DNA from: Candidatus Babelota bacterium
GTDB lineage: Bacteria; Babelota; Babeliae; Babelales; Vermiphilaceae
Reading direction: 5' to 3'
DNA length: 64,000 nt
Assembly (NCBI GenBank): GCA_049325595.1
Contig: JBMOLF010000001.1
Location: 1-64,000, forward strand
The notes below the pieces were generated by a model, which saw only the letters and a list, made by a program, of their open reading frames with translations, was not told the origin of the DNA and ran no database searches. This document shows, piece after piece, positions 1 to 10,179 of this stretch; position 1 is the first letter of the stretch; the number at the start of each line of letters is the position of its first letter. Position numbers and translations under genes: made by a program.

Positions 1-37
1 TTTCTTCAAATTCTGTATCTTTAATTAAGTAATGCAT
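1..37 (-). CDS. 5' end of a gene running off the left edge (MHYLIKDTEFEE...), product unknown
   Basis: ATG at 37-35 preceded by GAAGGA Shine-Dalgarno on the minus strand; frame open to the window edge; only 12 codons visible. Confidence 0.4.
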   Translation of the reverse strand, partial: MHYLIKDTEFEE

Positions 38-145
38 TACAGCTTCCTTCTTGCTTTTTTTTGATTGTGATTAGAAGGAAGCTTACTTTTTTTTATAACT
101 TTTTTAAATTTCGTTCACAGAACCTAATTTCATTACCATCCTTTT

Positions 146-1039
146 TCAACTATTTGGTACTTGCTCAGTTACCACTTCAAATGAGGCTAAATATACAGCA
201 TCAGCAAATTCTTGTGCAGGAATAGTGGATGCTATACGATCTACACGCGCTGCTCTATTATCGATTGAAAATGAAAGTGGAAAAGTAGGATTAGTTAATG
301 AAACAGATATATGTTGCGGTCCACTTAATGAGGGCGTAACTAAAATATCGGGCGTAGTGACACTTGCCGTTACAAATCCATTTACTAGATTAGGAATAAT
401 TCTTAAAACATTTAATTGCAAACGTATTAACCCGGCAGTAGAAGGATCACCCGCAGGAATGATAAGATGAATTATTGAATTTATCTCATCATTGGTATTA
501 TCAGGCAAGACATAGTTAAAGGTAGCTTGACTTCCGATATTTAACGTATGAGTTATTAATGTTTCATTAGTTCCATATAGATTATTAAAAGTAAACACAG
601 GGGATGCTGCATTACCATTGGCAGTAGCCGCAGTAATCACGGTAGATTGCAAGAGCGAAGCAGTACCCGCAGCACCAGTTGAACCAACTGCTCCTCTATT
701 GCCCGTAAATCCCGTAAGCCCGGTACCTCCCATATTTCCGGCAGGACCAGTAAAACCGGTAAAACCCGTTGCTCCTTGTGGACCAGTATTGCCAGTTGCA
801 CCCGTTTCACCTTGTGCACCTGTTGCTCCTTGCGGGCCAAAACCAGTTACACCGGTAGCTAAACCAGTTACAGAAAAATTAGGCAATTGCAATACACCAC
901 AAACAACAAGTTTTTGAGTAACTAGCGCATTACCACCAACTTTAAGAACATTGGTTTTTAGGTTTTTTTTGGTAGAACAATAATCGGCTCTGAGCAAAGA
1001 ACAGAGCAATAATAACAAAATACTATAATATTTTATCAT
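146..1039 (-). CDS. Secreted collagen-like protein (signal peptide, short Cys neck, ~20 Gly-X-Y triplets, beta-rich C-terminal domain)
   Basis: Hydrophobic N-terminus ending LRA; neck [29 protein letters not shown]... repeat; head unlike those of the array genes. Confidence 0.85.
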   Translation of the reverse strand: MIKYYSILLLLLCSLLRADYCSTKKNLKTNVLKVGGNALVTQKLVVCGVLQLPNFSVTGLATGVTGFGPQGATGAQGETGATGNTGPQGATGFTGFTGPAGNMGGTGLTGFTGNRGAVGSTGAAGTASLLQSTVITAATANGNAASPVFTFNNLYGTNETLITHTLNIGSQATFNYVLPDNTNDEINSIIHLIIPAGDPSTAGLIRLQLNVLRIIPNLVNGFVTASVTTPDILVTPSLSGPQHISVSLTNPTFPLSFSIDNRAARVDRIASTIPAQEFADAVYLASFEVVTEQVPNS

Positions 1040-1125
1040 TTTTCATGCGTCCTCTTACTATAATTTTTGCTTTTTTAACCTAGAAAAAAACAAAAATACA
1101 ACGCAAGAAAATGATAAAATAAAAG

Positions 1126-1164
1126 ATTATCCTCATAGCTAAGTTTAATTGCTATAAGGATAAT
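1126..1164 (-). terminator. Intrinsic terminator after lysS
   Basis: 14-bp stem ATTATCCT(C/T)ATAGC...GCTATAAGGATAAT with one G-U pair, followed by a T-rich tract on the minus strand. Confidence 0.65.
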
Positions 1165-1167
1165 TTA

Positions 1168-2682
1168 TTAAGAAAGTTTCTTTAAAGTCGGAAATAAAAT
1201 AACATCTTTAATAGAACTACTATTAGTTAATAACATAGCAAGCCTATCAATACCAATACCAACACCTACAGCAGGAGGTAGGCCATATTCCAATGCAGTT
1301 ATAAATTCTGCATCGTAATGCATCGCTTCTGCATCCCCACCTGCATGTGCTTTAGCTTGTTGCTTAAAGCGGTCTGCTTGATCAAATGGATCGTTCAACT
1401 CATTAAATGCATTACTGATTTCCATGCCTGCTATAAATAATTCAAAGCGCGCTGCAAAGCGAGGATCTTCTGCATCTTTTTTTGCAAGCGGCGATACTTC
1501 AATAGGAAAATGTGTCACAAACGTTGGTTGTATCAATTTGTGCTCCACGAGTTCTTCAAACAAGGCATATACCTTTTCACTCCATGACGCACATTTGTTA
1601 GCGCATACAATTTTATGTTTTGTCAATGTTGCATCAATGGCATTTTCAGCTAAATCTGCATCACTAAGATTGCCATATTCACGCACCGCATCTAATAATT
1701 TGACCCGTCTAAATGGTTTATCAAAATCAAGTAATGTATCCCCAAAAGGAACCTGCGTTTGATTACATACTTCTTTTGCAACGGCTTGGAACATTTTTTC
1801 TACAAAATCCATTACCCAATGATAATCTTTATTGGCCGTATAAAACTCAAGCATAGTAAATTCAGGATTATGCCGCGTAGAAATACCTTCATTTCTAAAA
1901 TTACGATTAATTTCGTACACGCGATCAAAGCCACCAATTACTAGGCGCTTAAGATAAAGCTCAGGAGCAATACGCAGGTAAAAATCACTATCTAATGCAT
2001 TATGATGCGTAATAAATGGTTTTGCTGCCGCACCACCGGGAATTGGATGCAACATAGGAGTTTCTACTTCCATGTAGCCATGATTATCTAAAAAGCGTCG
2101 TAATGATCTAATTAATGCTGAACGTTTATAAAAACGCTCTCTGCTCTCTGGTGAACTAATTAAATCTAAATAACGCTGACGGTAAATAGTTTCGATATTG
2201 GTAAGTCCATGAAACTTTTCTGGTAGCGGATACAAACACTTACTCAGCAGTTCAATTTGCTTTACTGCAAGAGTAATTTCGCCCATTTTTGTTTTAAAAG
2301 AATGGCCCGAACACCAAATAATATCGCCAACATCATAAAACTTTTTAAATTGCTCATATTTTTCTTGTCCAATGTCATCTTGTCGAAGATAAATTTGAAC
2401 ACGGCCCACACTGTCCTGTATTACCGCAAATGATGCCTTACCATGATGACGCACTGTAATAATGCGGCCAACTATAGTATAATCGGGGGATTGCTGATCT
2501 TCTTTAAACTCTTTAACAATCTGATTAGTAGTACAGTTTACCTCTTTGGCAGCTGGCCATGGATCTAGGCCAAGTTCTTTCATGGCTTGTACTTTGTGTA
2601 CCCGAATAACATGTTCTTCAGGTACATGTGTCTCATGCAATGTTTCTAATGTCGGTGTTATAGTTTCGTTTTTATTTTTCAT
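1168..2682 (-). CDS. lysS: Lysine--tRNA ligase (class II)
   Basis: OB-fold anticodon domain, YRQRYLDLI, GGAAAKPF, YLRIAPELYLKRL, FRNEG..HNPEFTMLE, GIGIDRLAM. Confidence 0.98.
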   Translation of the reverse strand: MKNKNETITPTLETLHETHVPEEHVIRVHKVQAMKELGLDPWPAAKEVNCTTNQIVKEFKEDQQSPDYTIVGRIITVRHHGKASFAVIQDSVGRVQIYLRQDDIGQEKYEQFKKFYDVGDIIWCSGHSFKTKMGEITLAVKQIELLSKCLYPLPEKFHGLTNIETIYRQRYLDLISSPESRERFYKRSALIRSLRRFLDNHGYMEVETPMLHPIPGGAAAKPFITHHNALDSDFYLRIAPELYLKRLVIGGFDRVYEINRNFRNEGISTRHNPEFTMLEFYTANKDYHWVMDFVEKMFQAVAKEVCNQTQVPFGDTLLDFDKPFRRVKLLDAVREYGNLSDADLAENAIDATLTKHKIVCANKCASWSEKVYALFEELVEHKLIQPTFVTHFPIEVSPLAKKDAEDPRFAARFELFIAGMEISNAFNELNDPFDQADRFKQQAKAHAGGDAEAMHYDAEFITALEYGLPPAVGVGIGIDRLAMLLTNSSSIKDVILFPTLKKLS

Positions 2683-2751
2683 TGGTAACCAGACAAATGG
2701 GGTATAATGTTACACTTCAATTTTAAGTGTATCGCAGACTGGTGATTTTTT

Positions 2752-3372
2752 CTAGCAGCACGATTTGATCAATTGATCATAGAGATGCTGTACATAATCC
2801 CAATTCACCACCTGCCACCAAGCTGAAATGTAATCAGGGCGTCTATTTTGATATTTTAAATAATAAGCATGTTCCCACACATCAAGCCCCAGTATTGGCT
2901 GTAAATTGTATGAAATGGGGCAATCTTGGTTAGGGGTGGAAAGTATAGAAAGAGATTTATTTTTATCTAAACACAACCATGCCCAGCCACTACCAAATAC
3001 CTTTTTTGCTGTCCCATTAAATTGTTCTTGAAACATTTGGTAATTACCAAATGTTTTTTCTATTGCCCCCTTTAATGGGCCTGCTGGTTCTGCTCCATTA
3101 TTTTTCTTTAAGATCTGCCAAAAAAAAGTATGGTTATAATGACCGCCACCATTATTGCGCACTGCTTGGCGTATTGATTCAGGAAGTTCTGCCAGATGGG
3201 TAAGTAAATATTCAATTGATTTATCTTGTAACTCTCTATGATCTTTTAAAGCAGCATTTAAATTATCAACATAGGCTTGATGATGTTTATCGTGATGCAG
3301 CTGCATTGTTTGCGCATCAATATAAGGCTCCAGTGCATCATATGAATAAGGTAATGATGGAACAGTAAACAT
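2752..3372 (-). CDS. sodA: Superoxide dismutase, Mn-type signature
   Basis: HHDKHH, RNNGGGHYNH, FGSGWAWL, NQD, DVWEHAYY; NNGGG and NQD are Mn-SOD discriminating residues. Confidence 0.93.
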   Translation of the reverse strand: MFTVPSLPYSYDALEPYIDAQTMQLHHDKHHQAYVDNLNAALKDHRELQDKSIEYLLTHLAELPESIRQAVRNNGGGHYNHTFFWQILKKNNGAEPAGPLKGAIEKTFGNYQMFQEQFNGTAKKVFGSGWAWLCLDKNKSLSILSTPNQDCPISYNLQPILGLDVWEHAYYLKYQNRRPDYISAWWQVVNWDYVQHLYDQLIKSCC

Positions 3373-3701
3373 TAAGAAACTCCCTGCTTGATATTAGGTC
3401 GTGTTACATAAATTATTTCATCATCATAACACATTTGTAGCTGCTCGCGAGCAGCTTTTTCTTTATAAAAAGGATAGGTTTGCCAAAGATGAATTTCATT
3501 ACGGAATAATTCCACTTCATGTTTAATTAAGTCTATTGTTGCTTCTAATTGTTTTTTTTCTTGTAATAATGCAAGTCGAGCATGCATTCCATATTTTCCG
3601 TTAATTAAATAGCGAGCAAAAATAGTCATTTCAATACCTAGAAAAATATAAAACCAAATTTTTTTATTTTTTTTCAGTATTAACAGCATTATCTTTCTCA
3701 A
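3372..3701 (-). CDS. Septum formation initiator family protein (FtsB/DivIC-like)
   Basis: One N-terminal TM segment, GKYG, coiled coil, EKAAREQLQM...EIIY; true start may be a few codons downstream. Confidence 0.75.
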   Translation of the reverse strand: MRKIMLLILKKNKKIWFYIFLGIEMTIFARYLINGKYGMHARLALLQEKKQLEATIDLIKHEVELFRNEIHLWQTYPFYKEKAAREQLQMCYDDEIIYVTRPNIKQGVS

Positions 3702-4566
3702 TATCTCTATGTCGTATTAAAAAATCAACCGATGAAACACTAAGACGACCTATTTTTTCAACAAGTGCAACAGATCGGTGTCTACCACCGGTACAACCAA
3801 TAGCAATCGTCAAAAAGCTCCGTCCCTCTTGATATGATTTTTCAATAGAATATTGTAAAAAATCAATACATTTACTGATATATTCATTTACCAACGGCTG
3901 AGTAAAAAGATACTCTTTGATAGCCTCATCTTTTCCCGAGAGCAATTTAAGTGTTGGTATAAAATACGGATTTGGCAATGCACGTACGTCAAATACAAAA
4001 TTACTTTCTGCTGGTATTCCGTATTTAAATCCAAAAGATAATAGGGTCACTACCATAGTGCGACGTTCTATACTAAACACTTCTTTAATAAGCTCGCGCA
4101 ATTGATGCACGGTAAAATGTGAGGTGTCTAAAATGCTATCCGCATTATCCATTAAAGGTCTTAACAAATAATATTCACGCTCTAAAGCATCTTCAAGATT
4201 ATGATGTTCTTGCGCCAGTGGATGATTGCGCCGGGTTTCATTAAAACGTTTTAATAAAATAGAGGGCGCAGCAATAAGAAATAATGTATGAATTTTTACC
4301 TCATCCATAAAAGAACTATTTTTTAATTGTTCAATTACCATAGATAAATTTTGAATATTTCGCGCATCAAGACCAATTGCTAAATGAGTATAATTTTTTG
4401 TTTGTTGCATCGTTTGTAAAAATGAGGAAAAAAGAACGGGGGGCAAATTATCGGTACAAAAATAACCAATATCTTCAAGTGCATGTAATGCCGTAGTTTT
4501 TCCCGCACCTGAATAACCAGTTACAATAATTACCGAACGAGTTTTAGTTATAGATTGCATAATCAC
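3664..4566 (-). CDS. rapZ: RNase adapter / P-loop ATPase RapZ (YvcJ)
   Basis: GYSGAGKT, DNLP, RFNETRRNHPL, SFGFKYG, DVRALPNP, IAIGCTGGRHRSV. Confidence 0.95.
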   Translation of the reverse strand: MIMQSITKTRSVIIVTGYSGAGKTTALHALEDIGYFCTDNLPPVLFSSFLQTMQQTKNYTHLAIGLDARNIQNLSMVIEQLKNSSFMDEVKIHTLFLIAAPSILLKRFNETRRNHPLAQEHHNLEDALEREYYLLRPLMDNADSILDTSHFTVHQLRELIKEVFSIERRTMVVTLLSFGFKYGIPAESNFVFDVRALPNPYFIPTLKLLSGKDEAIKEYLFTQPLVNEYISKCIDFLQYSIEKSYQEGRSFLTIAIGCTGGRHRSVALVEKIGRLSVSSVDFLIRHRDIEKDNAVNTEKK

Positions 4567-4692
4567 TCCTAACAGAGCGCGTTATCTGATTCTTCGATAT
4601 TAATTTCCATAGAATCTTCACTTTTAATTTTAGCTCCCATTATTCTTTTTTGTACATTACTTATTCTTTTTTTGAAAATCATGGGAGTATTT

Positions 4693-6159
4693 ATGAAAAT
4701 GCCTACAAAATTAATAACGTTATTTTTAGCACTATTTACCATAAATGGTATTTTTGTACTATACGCTGATCAGCCCACTAATAAAGAACAATCGTTTGAT
4801 GAGCTCGTTTATAATTGGTCTCGGAGCTATGCAGAGGTATTAAATCTGGTAAATCAAAAACATTATAAAGTTGCCAATGCCGAACAATGCTTTATTAAAT
4901 CAATTAATGAATTTGCAAATACCATTGATCCGCATTCCAATTTTTTAGATCCAAAAACGTATAAAGCCATGCTTGAATCAACAAGTGGCGAATTTTTTGG
5001 CATTGGTATTGTCATTGACAATAGTCGCGGCACCAAAGATAAATTTTTGTTGGTGGTTGAAACGATTCCAGATGGTCCGGCTGATAAAGCGGGGGTAAAA
5101 CAATTTGATAAAATCATTGAAATCGATGGCAAAAGCTTAGAGGGCATGAGCACCGAAGAAGCAACATCGAAATTAAAGGGTCCTCGCAACAGTAAAGTAA
5201 ATGTAAAAGTATTACGTGAAGGACAACAAGATCTTCTATCCTACGACATCACGCGCGATGTAATCAAAGAACCAAATTCACTCTGTTTTTACTTGCCTGA
5301 ACATGATGTGTATTATTTATCATTGAGTATGTTTAGCGAAAATTCAGCAAAACAACTTGAACAGTTATTACGTAAATCACAGCAAAAAAAATATAAAGCT
5401 CTCGTACTTGATCTTCGCAATAACTCAGGTGGATTATTAACTTCTGTAATTGATATTGCCGGACTCTTTTTAGAAAAGGGTAGCTTAGTAGTAACTACCA
5501 AAAATAAAGAAGGCAAAGAAACCGAGCGCTACACCACCAAACGCAATCCGGTAGCACCTAAAGATATATCGTTATTTATTCTTATAAACAATTTCACAGC
5601 CTCAGCTGCTGAAATTTTAGCTGGATGCTTAAAAATACATGCAGAATCTGCAGATAAAAAAAATAATCGCAACGTTTTTGTTGTTGGTACTAATAGTTTT
5701 GGCAAAGGATCAGTACAAGAAGTTATTCCACTCAGCAATAACTGTGCGCTAAAACTAACCACCTCACTTTATTTTTTGCCTCAAGATATTTCAATTCAAG
5801 GTATCGGAATTGTTCCTGATTTTGTGATCGAACGTCGCATGCCTCCTACTGAACAACAAATTTGGTTTACTAAAAATTATGGCAGCGAACAAGCATTGCC
5901 CAACTATATTAAAATAAATGATACAGCCGCTGAGGAAAAAAAATCTGAAACTTCTCTTAAAGAAAAAAGTTGGGCCGAAAGAACTAAAGCATTACTTGAA
6001 CAAGACAATCAACTCAGAGAGACCATTACCCTGGTAAATTTATTTGATTTACTTAAAAAGTGTCAACCTAATTCAGTTGCTACCCGCAAACAAGCTGTCG
6101 ATAAATTAAAATCATTATTTGTTACGGGAAACCTTCAACTTGTTGAGGTAAAAGAATGA
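4693..6159 (+). CDS. S41A C-terminal processing protease (CtpA/Prc family) with PDZ domain
   Basis: Signal peptide; GIGI PDZ motif; LDLRNNSGGL; catalytic TASAAE Ser and SFGKGSVQ Lys; start chosen from GGAG RBS before ATG 4693. Confidence 0.93.
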   Translation: MKMPTKLITLFLALFTINGIFVLYADQPTNKEQSFDELVYNWSRSYAEVLNLVNQKHYKVANAEQCFIKSINEFANTIDPHSNFLDPKTYKAMLESTSGEFFGIGIVIDNSRGTKDKFLLVVETIPDGPADKAGVKQFDKIIEIDGKSLEGMSTEEATSKLKGPRNSKVNVKVLREGQQDLLSYDITRDVIKEPNSLCFYLPEHDVYYLSLSMFSENSAKQLEQLLRKSQQKKYKALVLDLRNNSGGLLTSVIDIAGLFLEKGSLVVTTKNKEGKETERYTTKRNPVAPKDISLFILINNFTASAAEILAGCLKIHAESADKKNNRNVFVVGTNSFGKGSVQEVIPLSNNCALKLTTSLYFLPQDISIQGIGIVPDFVIERRMPPTEQQIWFTKNYGSEQALPNYIKINDTAAEEKKSETSLKEKSWAERTKALLEQDNQLRETITLVNLFDLLKKCQPNSVATRKQAVDKLKSLFVTGNLQLVEVKE

Positions 6160-7430
6160 TTACTCCAACACCTCAAGTTTTTTGGTATACAAAACTTCCG
6201 GCTGCGCGTGTTTTACGCGATACAATTAATACCCACATCTTAATAATAGGCGGCGGCATGGCAGGGCTTGTTGCGGCGCATAGTTTTGTATCGCGTGGTA
6301 AAAAAGTAACACTTATTGAAAAAAATTATTGCGGTGGTGGTGCTTCAGGTAAAAGTTCGGGGTTTATTACTCCTGATTCAGAAGTTAATTTAGCACATAT
6401 GATTGATTTGTATGGAAAGGCTCACGCAAAGAAAGTATGGGACATGGGCACGCGCGGTGTGGAACTTATTCGTGAGCTTATCGCTAAATTTAATTTAGAT
6501 TGCGACTATCAAATTCAAGATAATTGTGTTGCCGCTAATAGCCATGCTGCTTTTAAAAAAATACAAGAAGAGCACGAAGGTCGTATTACCATGGGATTTG
6601 AAAGTCGCTTATTTGATTCATCGACCGTGAGCACTATCATTGGCAGCGATGATTACTACGGTGCAGTGCTCTATAACGGCACCTTTGGCATCAATGGCTA
6701 CAAGTTTTGCCAAGAACTTAAAATGCAGTTAGGTAAGATGGGTGTTGATGTTTACGAAGAAACACCCGCAACCTCAATTGCTCCACATGAAGTCACCACA
6801 CCCGAAGGAGTAATCAATGCTGAGCAGATTATAATTTGCGCCGATCGTTATACACCTGATATTGGTCTTTTATCTGATGAGATCTTTCACGCACAAACTT
6901 TTTTAACGATATCTGCACCTTTGACCGACCAGCAGATTAAACAGGTTTTCCCATCGGGTAATATTATGGTGTGCGATAGCGATTTGATTTTTAATTATTT
7001 CCGCGCCACACCTGATAACCGTATTATGCTCGGGGGCGCTTCGTTATTTAATACCTTTGATTACAAAGAAAATTTCCATCCATATGGTGTAATAAAAAAA
7101 CTCAATCGTTACTGGCAGCGCAAATTCCCACATGTGCCATTAACAATCGAATATCAATGGCCGGGACTTATTGGCGTAAGCAAAGACATAATACCTATTG
7201 CCGGCAAAGATAAACATCATGATTCAATTTATTACATTGCCGGGTGTGCTGGTTTGCCTTGGGCTGCTGCACTTGGTGAGTATAGCGCAGAATCACTGCT
7301 TGAAGGCAGACGAGATTATGATGATTATTTTAGCCCCTATCGCAAGTGGTCGCTGCCTCGAATGATACAAAAAATTGTAGGCAAAAAAATTACTTTTGCT
7401 ATAAGCAATTCTCGTACATTACTTCGATAA
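6156..7430 (+). CDS. FAD-dependent oxidoreductase (DadA/PuuB-like, D-amino acid oxidase family)
   Basis: IIGGGMAG dinucleotide motif, GASGKSSG, YQWPG; ATGA overlap with the protease gene. Confidence 0.85.
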   Translation: MITPTPQVFWYTKLPAARVLRDTINTHILIIGGGMAGLVAAHSFVSRGKKVTLIEKNYCGGGASGKSSGFITPDSEVNLAHMIDLYGKAHAKKVWDMGTRGVELIRELIAKFNLDCDYQIQDNCVAANSHAAFKKIQEEHEGRITMGFESRLFDSSTVSTIIGSDDYYGAVLYNGTFGINGYKFCQELKMQLGKMGVDVYEETPATSIAPHEVTTPEGVINAEQIIICADRYTPDIGLLSDEIFHAQTFLTISAPLTDQQIKQVFPSGNIMVCDSDLIFNYFRATPDNRIMLGGASLFNTFDYKENFHPYGVIKKLNRYWQRKFPHVPLTIEYQWPGLIGVSKDIIPIAGKDKHHDSIYYIAGCAGLPWAAALGEYSAESLLEGRRDYDDYFSPYRKWSLPRMIQKIVGKKITFAISNSRTLLR

Positions 7431-7490
7431 GAGTATAAATAGTGAAGGGCACAACAGCACCTCATCATTATATTTACTACCATGATCTGC

Positions 7491-7659
7491 TTCCCGTATT
7501 TAAGACAAGAATAATCTAAGCACGAACTTGACGTTGCGTTGTTGGTGATTCATTAGTTACTCCTGCATCAAATTGTCCGCAATCAATAACTAAACCACAC
7601 ACAGCAAGTCTATTTGCACCGCAGTGCATTTGTTTTGCGTAGATTCCGGGGTAAGAAAA
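7491..7659 (-). pseudogene. Decayed fragment of a C-type collagen head-domain gene
   Basis: Minus-strand translation FSYPGIY...GQFDAGVTNESPTTQRQVRA*IILVLN matches GVY...[26 protein letters not shown] of 7713..8939; AVQIDLL in another frame matches CVQVALL; has an in-frame stop and frameshift(s). Confidence 0.75.
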
Positions 7660-7676
7660 AATAAAAGAAAGATATG

Positions 7677-7705
7677 GTGAGCACCTGTTATAAACAAGTG
7701 CTCAC
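7677..7705 (-). terminator. Intrinsic terminator closing collagen cassette T1
   Basis: GTGAGCAC...GTGCTCAC stem just after the 7713 stop, followed by a T-rich run on the minus strand. Confidence 0.75.
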
Positions 7706-7712
7706 GGTAGCC

Positions 7713-8939
7713 TTACGCAAGTCTACGTATGGTAAATGAAGCATTAGTAGCAAATACGTTGGGACTTGGATTAATTTGATTTAAAAAATTACTAGGGCTA
7801 TTGAAAAAAACATGTATTTCTAGTTCTATAACATCAGATGCTGCAACCTGAAGAATTACTTGCCCATTAACTTGTCTGCGCAATGTTGGCGACTCATTGG
7901 ATAATCCTGCTCCATATTGCCCGCCCTCAACGGCAGCACCATTTCGCAACAGTGCAACTTGCACACAAGGGTTTAAAGGCACCGAAGCACCAAAATTGGT
8001 AATACCTGTTACTGAGTAATTTATTTCGTACACACCAGCTTCTGAAAATGATATTGGGGATGTAAAAATGATATGCCCTATATTAAGCAATGGGCCGTTT
8101 GTTGAATAAACAATCTCTTGTCCCCATTGTGCTGTGGTGGGTGTATTTTTATAAACATAACCAAAGGCACGGGTAATAAATGTCGATCCCGTAGCACCAG
8201 TAGCACCGGGAAGACCACGTGCTCCTTGAGCACCCGTAAAACCAGTTAATCCCGTTGTCCCATCTGGCCCCGTTGCTCCAGCTATACCAAGCGCGCCAAG
8301 TGCTCCTTGAGGACCTTCAAGCCCCGTAACACCCGTAACACCTTGTGGACCAGTATTACCAGTAAAACCTGTTGCTCCTTGAGCATCACTTTGCAATCCC
8401 GGATTACCGGTGAGTCCGGTTGCTCCTGTTAATCCAGTAACGATTCCTCGTGGATCACAGTTAGTAATCGATCCACAAATAGTTCCGCACACCAAAAGGT
8501 TATTCGCTATGACATTACCTTTGACAATTAAACAATCTAATGTTTTATTTTTTAGACATGCGCGCTGTTCCAGTGTTGCAACAACCGTATGGGATCGAAC
8601 AGAAAGATCATGTTTGTACTGCTCTAATATTAACATTGCATTAGCATCAAGACATATATCAGATGCCATTGCTAACGCAGCATCACAAGCTTTAGCTGCT
8701 AATTCCAAGGGAACCAGATTGTAATCATACGAAAAAGCTACGCGTAATCCATCAAGAGCTGACTCGCGCTGCGGATCATTTTTTTGAATAACCAGTTGCT
8801 CAATAATCTCTTTTACGCGCTCAGGTACAAATACATATTCTTGATCACTTTGCACATGATTATCAGAAAATTTACCGTATGAATGGGGTGTATTCCATAA
8901 GCTTAATAGCAAAACAAATATAAGACATTTTTTTAACAT
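7713..8939 (-). CDS. Collagen-like protein, C-type chain of cassette T1 (~27 triplets, BclA/C1q-like head)
   Basis: Signal peptide, acidic helical N-domain, Cys neck, 5 triplets + SDAQ break + 22 triplets, head with GVYEINY, ends SFTIRRLA. Confidence 0.9.
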   Translation of the reverse strand: MLKKCLIFVLLLSLWNTPHSYGKFSDNHVQSDQEYVFVPERVKEIIEQLVIQKNDPQRESALDGLRVAFSYDYNLVPLELAAKACDAALAMASDICLDANAMLILEQYKHDLSVRSHTVVATLEQRACLKNKTLDCLIVKGNVIANNLLVCGTICGSITNCDPRGIVTGLTGATGLTGNPGLQSDAQGATGFTGNTGPQGVTGVTGLEGPQGALGALGIAGATGPDGTTGLTGFTGAQGARGLPGATGATGSTFITRAFGYVYKNTPTTAQWGQEIVYSTNGPLLNIGHIIFTSPISFSEAGVYEINYSVTGITNFGASVPLNPCVQVALLRNGAAVEGGQYGAGLSNESPTLRRQVNGQVILQVAASDVIELEIHVFFNSPSNFLNQINPSPNVFATNASFTIRRLA

Positions 8940-8955
8940 GATTATCCTTAAAATC

Positions 8956-10170
8956 TTATGTCAATCTTCTAATCATTAAAGAATAAGCTGTTCCAATTTG
9001 ATCACCGCCCATAGAATTAAGCACTGATAAATTAGTTGTTCCCAAATTTATCAGCTCAACCGTTGCCCCTGCTGGTATTGAGATAATAGCCTCGCCGTAA
9101 TCTTGGGCATTGGCAGACGCCTGAGCAAATATCGATGTTTGATCTACTACGCCGTTTACCCGTATACCAAATACACTTGGCGCCATTCCTTGAACTATGT
9201 AGCTAATTTTGTATAATCCCGCATTGGCAACCGTAATTGAAGTGCCACCGCCATTCAGCGTTACACCTGGAGTAACAGCAGGCAACGCACCCTGAAAAGC
9301 TGCTGGACTATTAGCAAGAATGGTACCCGAAACACCTGAGGCCGCTCCGGTTGTGTAAAAATAACCATATGAAGCTGCTGCTCCTAATAAAGGACCGCTG
9401 TTTCCTGAAAAGCCGGTAAGAGTATTGTTCGCTCCGGTATTGCCCGTTGCACCAAGTGCTCCGATTGAACCAGTAGGGCCAGTAAATCCGGTAAAGCCGT
9501 TAGGTCCTGTATTACCCGTCGAACCTGTATTTCCTTGAGCGCCGGTATTACCCGTAAAACCAGTAAAACCCGTAAGCCCTGTAAAACCAGTATCACCAGT
9601 CGGACCATTAAGTCCTGTTGGCCCTTGATTACCGGTCGCACCATTGGGGCCTATCAGGCCACCACTGGTTGCAGCTGAAGATGAGGGAACAGTTATTGAT
9701 CCATTAACAAATAGATTGCCACAGATATTTAATATGTTGGTAATTAATTGAGAAAATACTTTTGGCTTTTTGCGAATAGCATCATATTGGATATGAACTG
9801 CTGCTTCTTCATTTTTTATGAGCACAGAAAAATTCTTTAAGGACAACACATGCTCATCAATCTCATCGAGGTCTAAATATGCGTGAATTTCTTCAAATGC
9901 TTTTTTTGCAAGATCAAGCGGATATAGTGTGTTGCCAGCATTAAGCCACTGCAATAACTGCCTGCTATGAGTTCCAAAAGCGCACTTTTGTTGCAAAACA
10001 GACAGAGAATTACGTATGTAAGACGGAATATGCACATAAGCATCATCTTTGTGTGCCATAATTAGTTGTTGATCATCATTACTCAGATCAACAAGCTCTA
10101 TCATATGGGTATTGGCATATATACTGCTTACACTTACCATTACAATTAATAGAAATCTTTTTAGTATCAT
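8956..10170 (-). CDS. Collagen-like protein, B-type chain of cassette T1 (~29 triplets)
   Basis: Signal peptide, neck [11 protein letters not shown], 26 triplets + NTLT + 3 triplets, head with GLYKISY and QDYGEA, ends SLMIRRLT. Confidence 0.9.
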   Translation of the reverse strand: MILKRFLLIVMVSVSSIYANTHMIELVDLSNDDQQLIMAHKDDAYVHIPSYIRNSLSVLQQKCAFGTHSRQLLQWLNAGNTLYPLDLAKKAFEEIHAYLDLDEIDEHVLSLKNFSVLIKNEEAAVHIQYDAIRKKPKVFSQLITNILNICGNLFVNGSITVPSSSAATSGGLIGPNGATGNQGPTGLNGPTGDTGFTGLTGFTGFTGNTGAQGNTGSTGNTGPNGFTGFTGPTGSIGALGATGNTGANNTLTGFSGNSGPLLGAAASYGYFYTTGAASGVSGTILANSPAAFQGALPAVTPGVTLNGGGTSITVANAGLYKISYIVQGMAPSVFGIRVNGVVDQTSIFAQASANAQDYGEAIISIPAGATVELINLGTTNLSVLNSMGGDQIGTAYSLMIRRLT

Positions 10171-10179
10171 ATACGCACC

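Noticed and set aside
4693..6159. S41 protease as the collagen pro-domain processing enzyme
   Set aside because: S41A enzymes usually recognise C-termini and are widespread housekeeping proteins; only proximity supports a link
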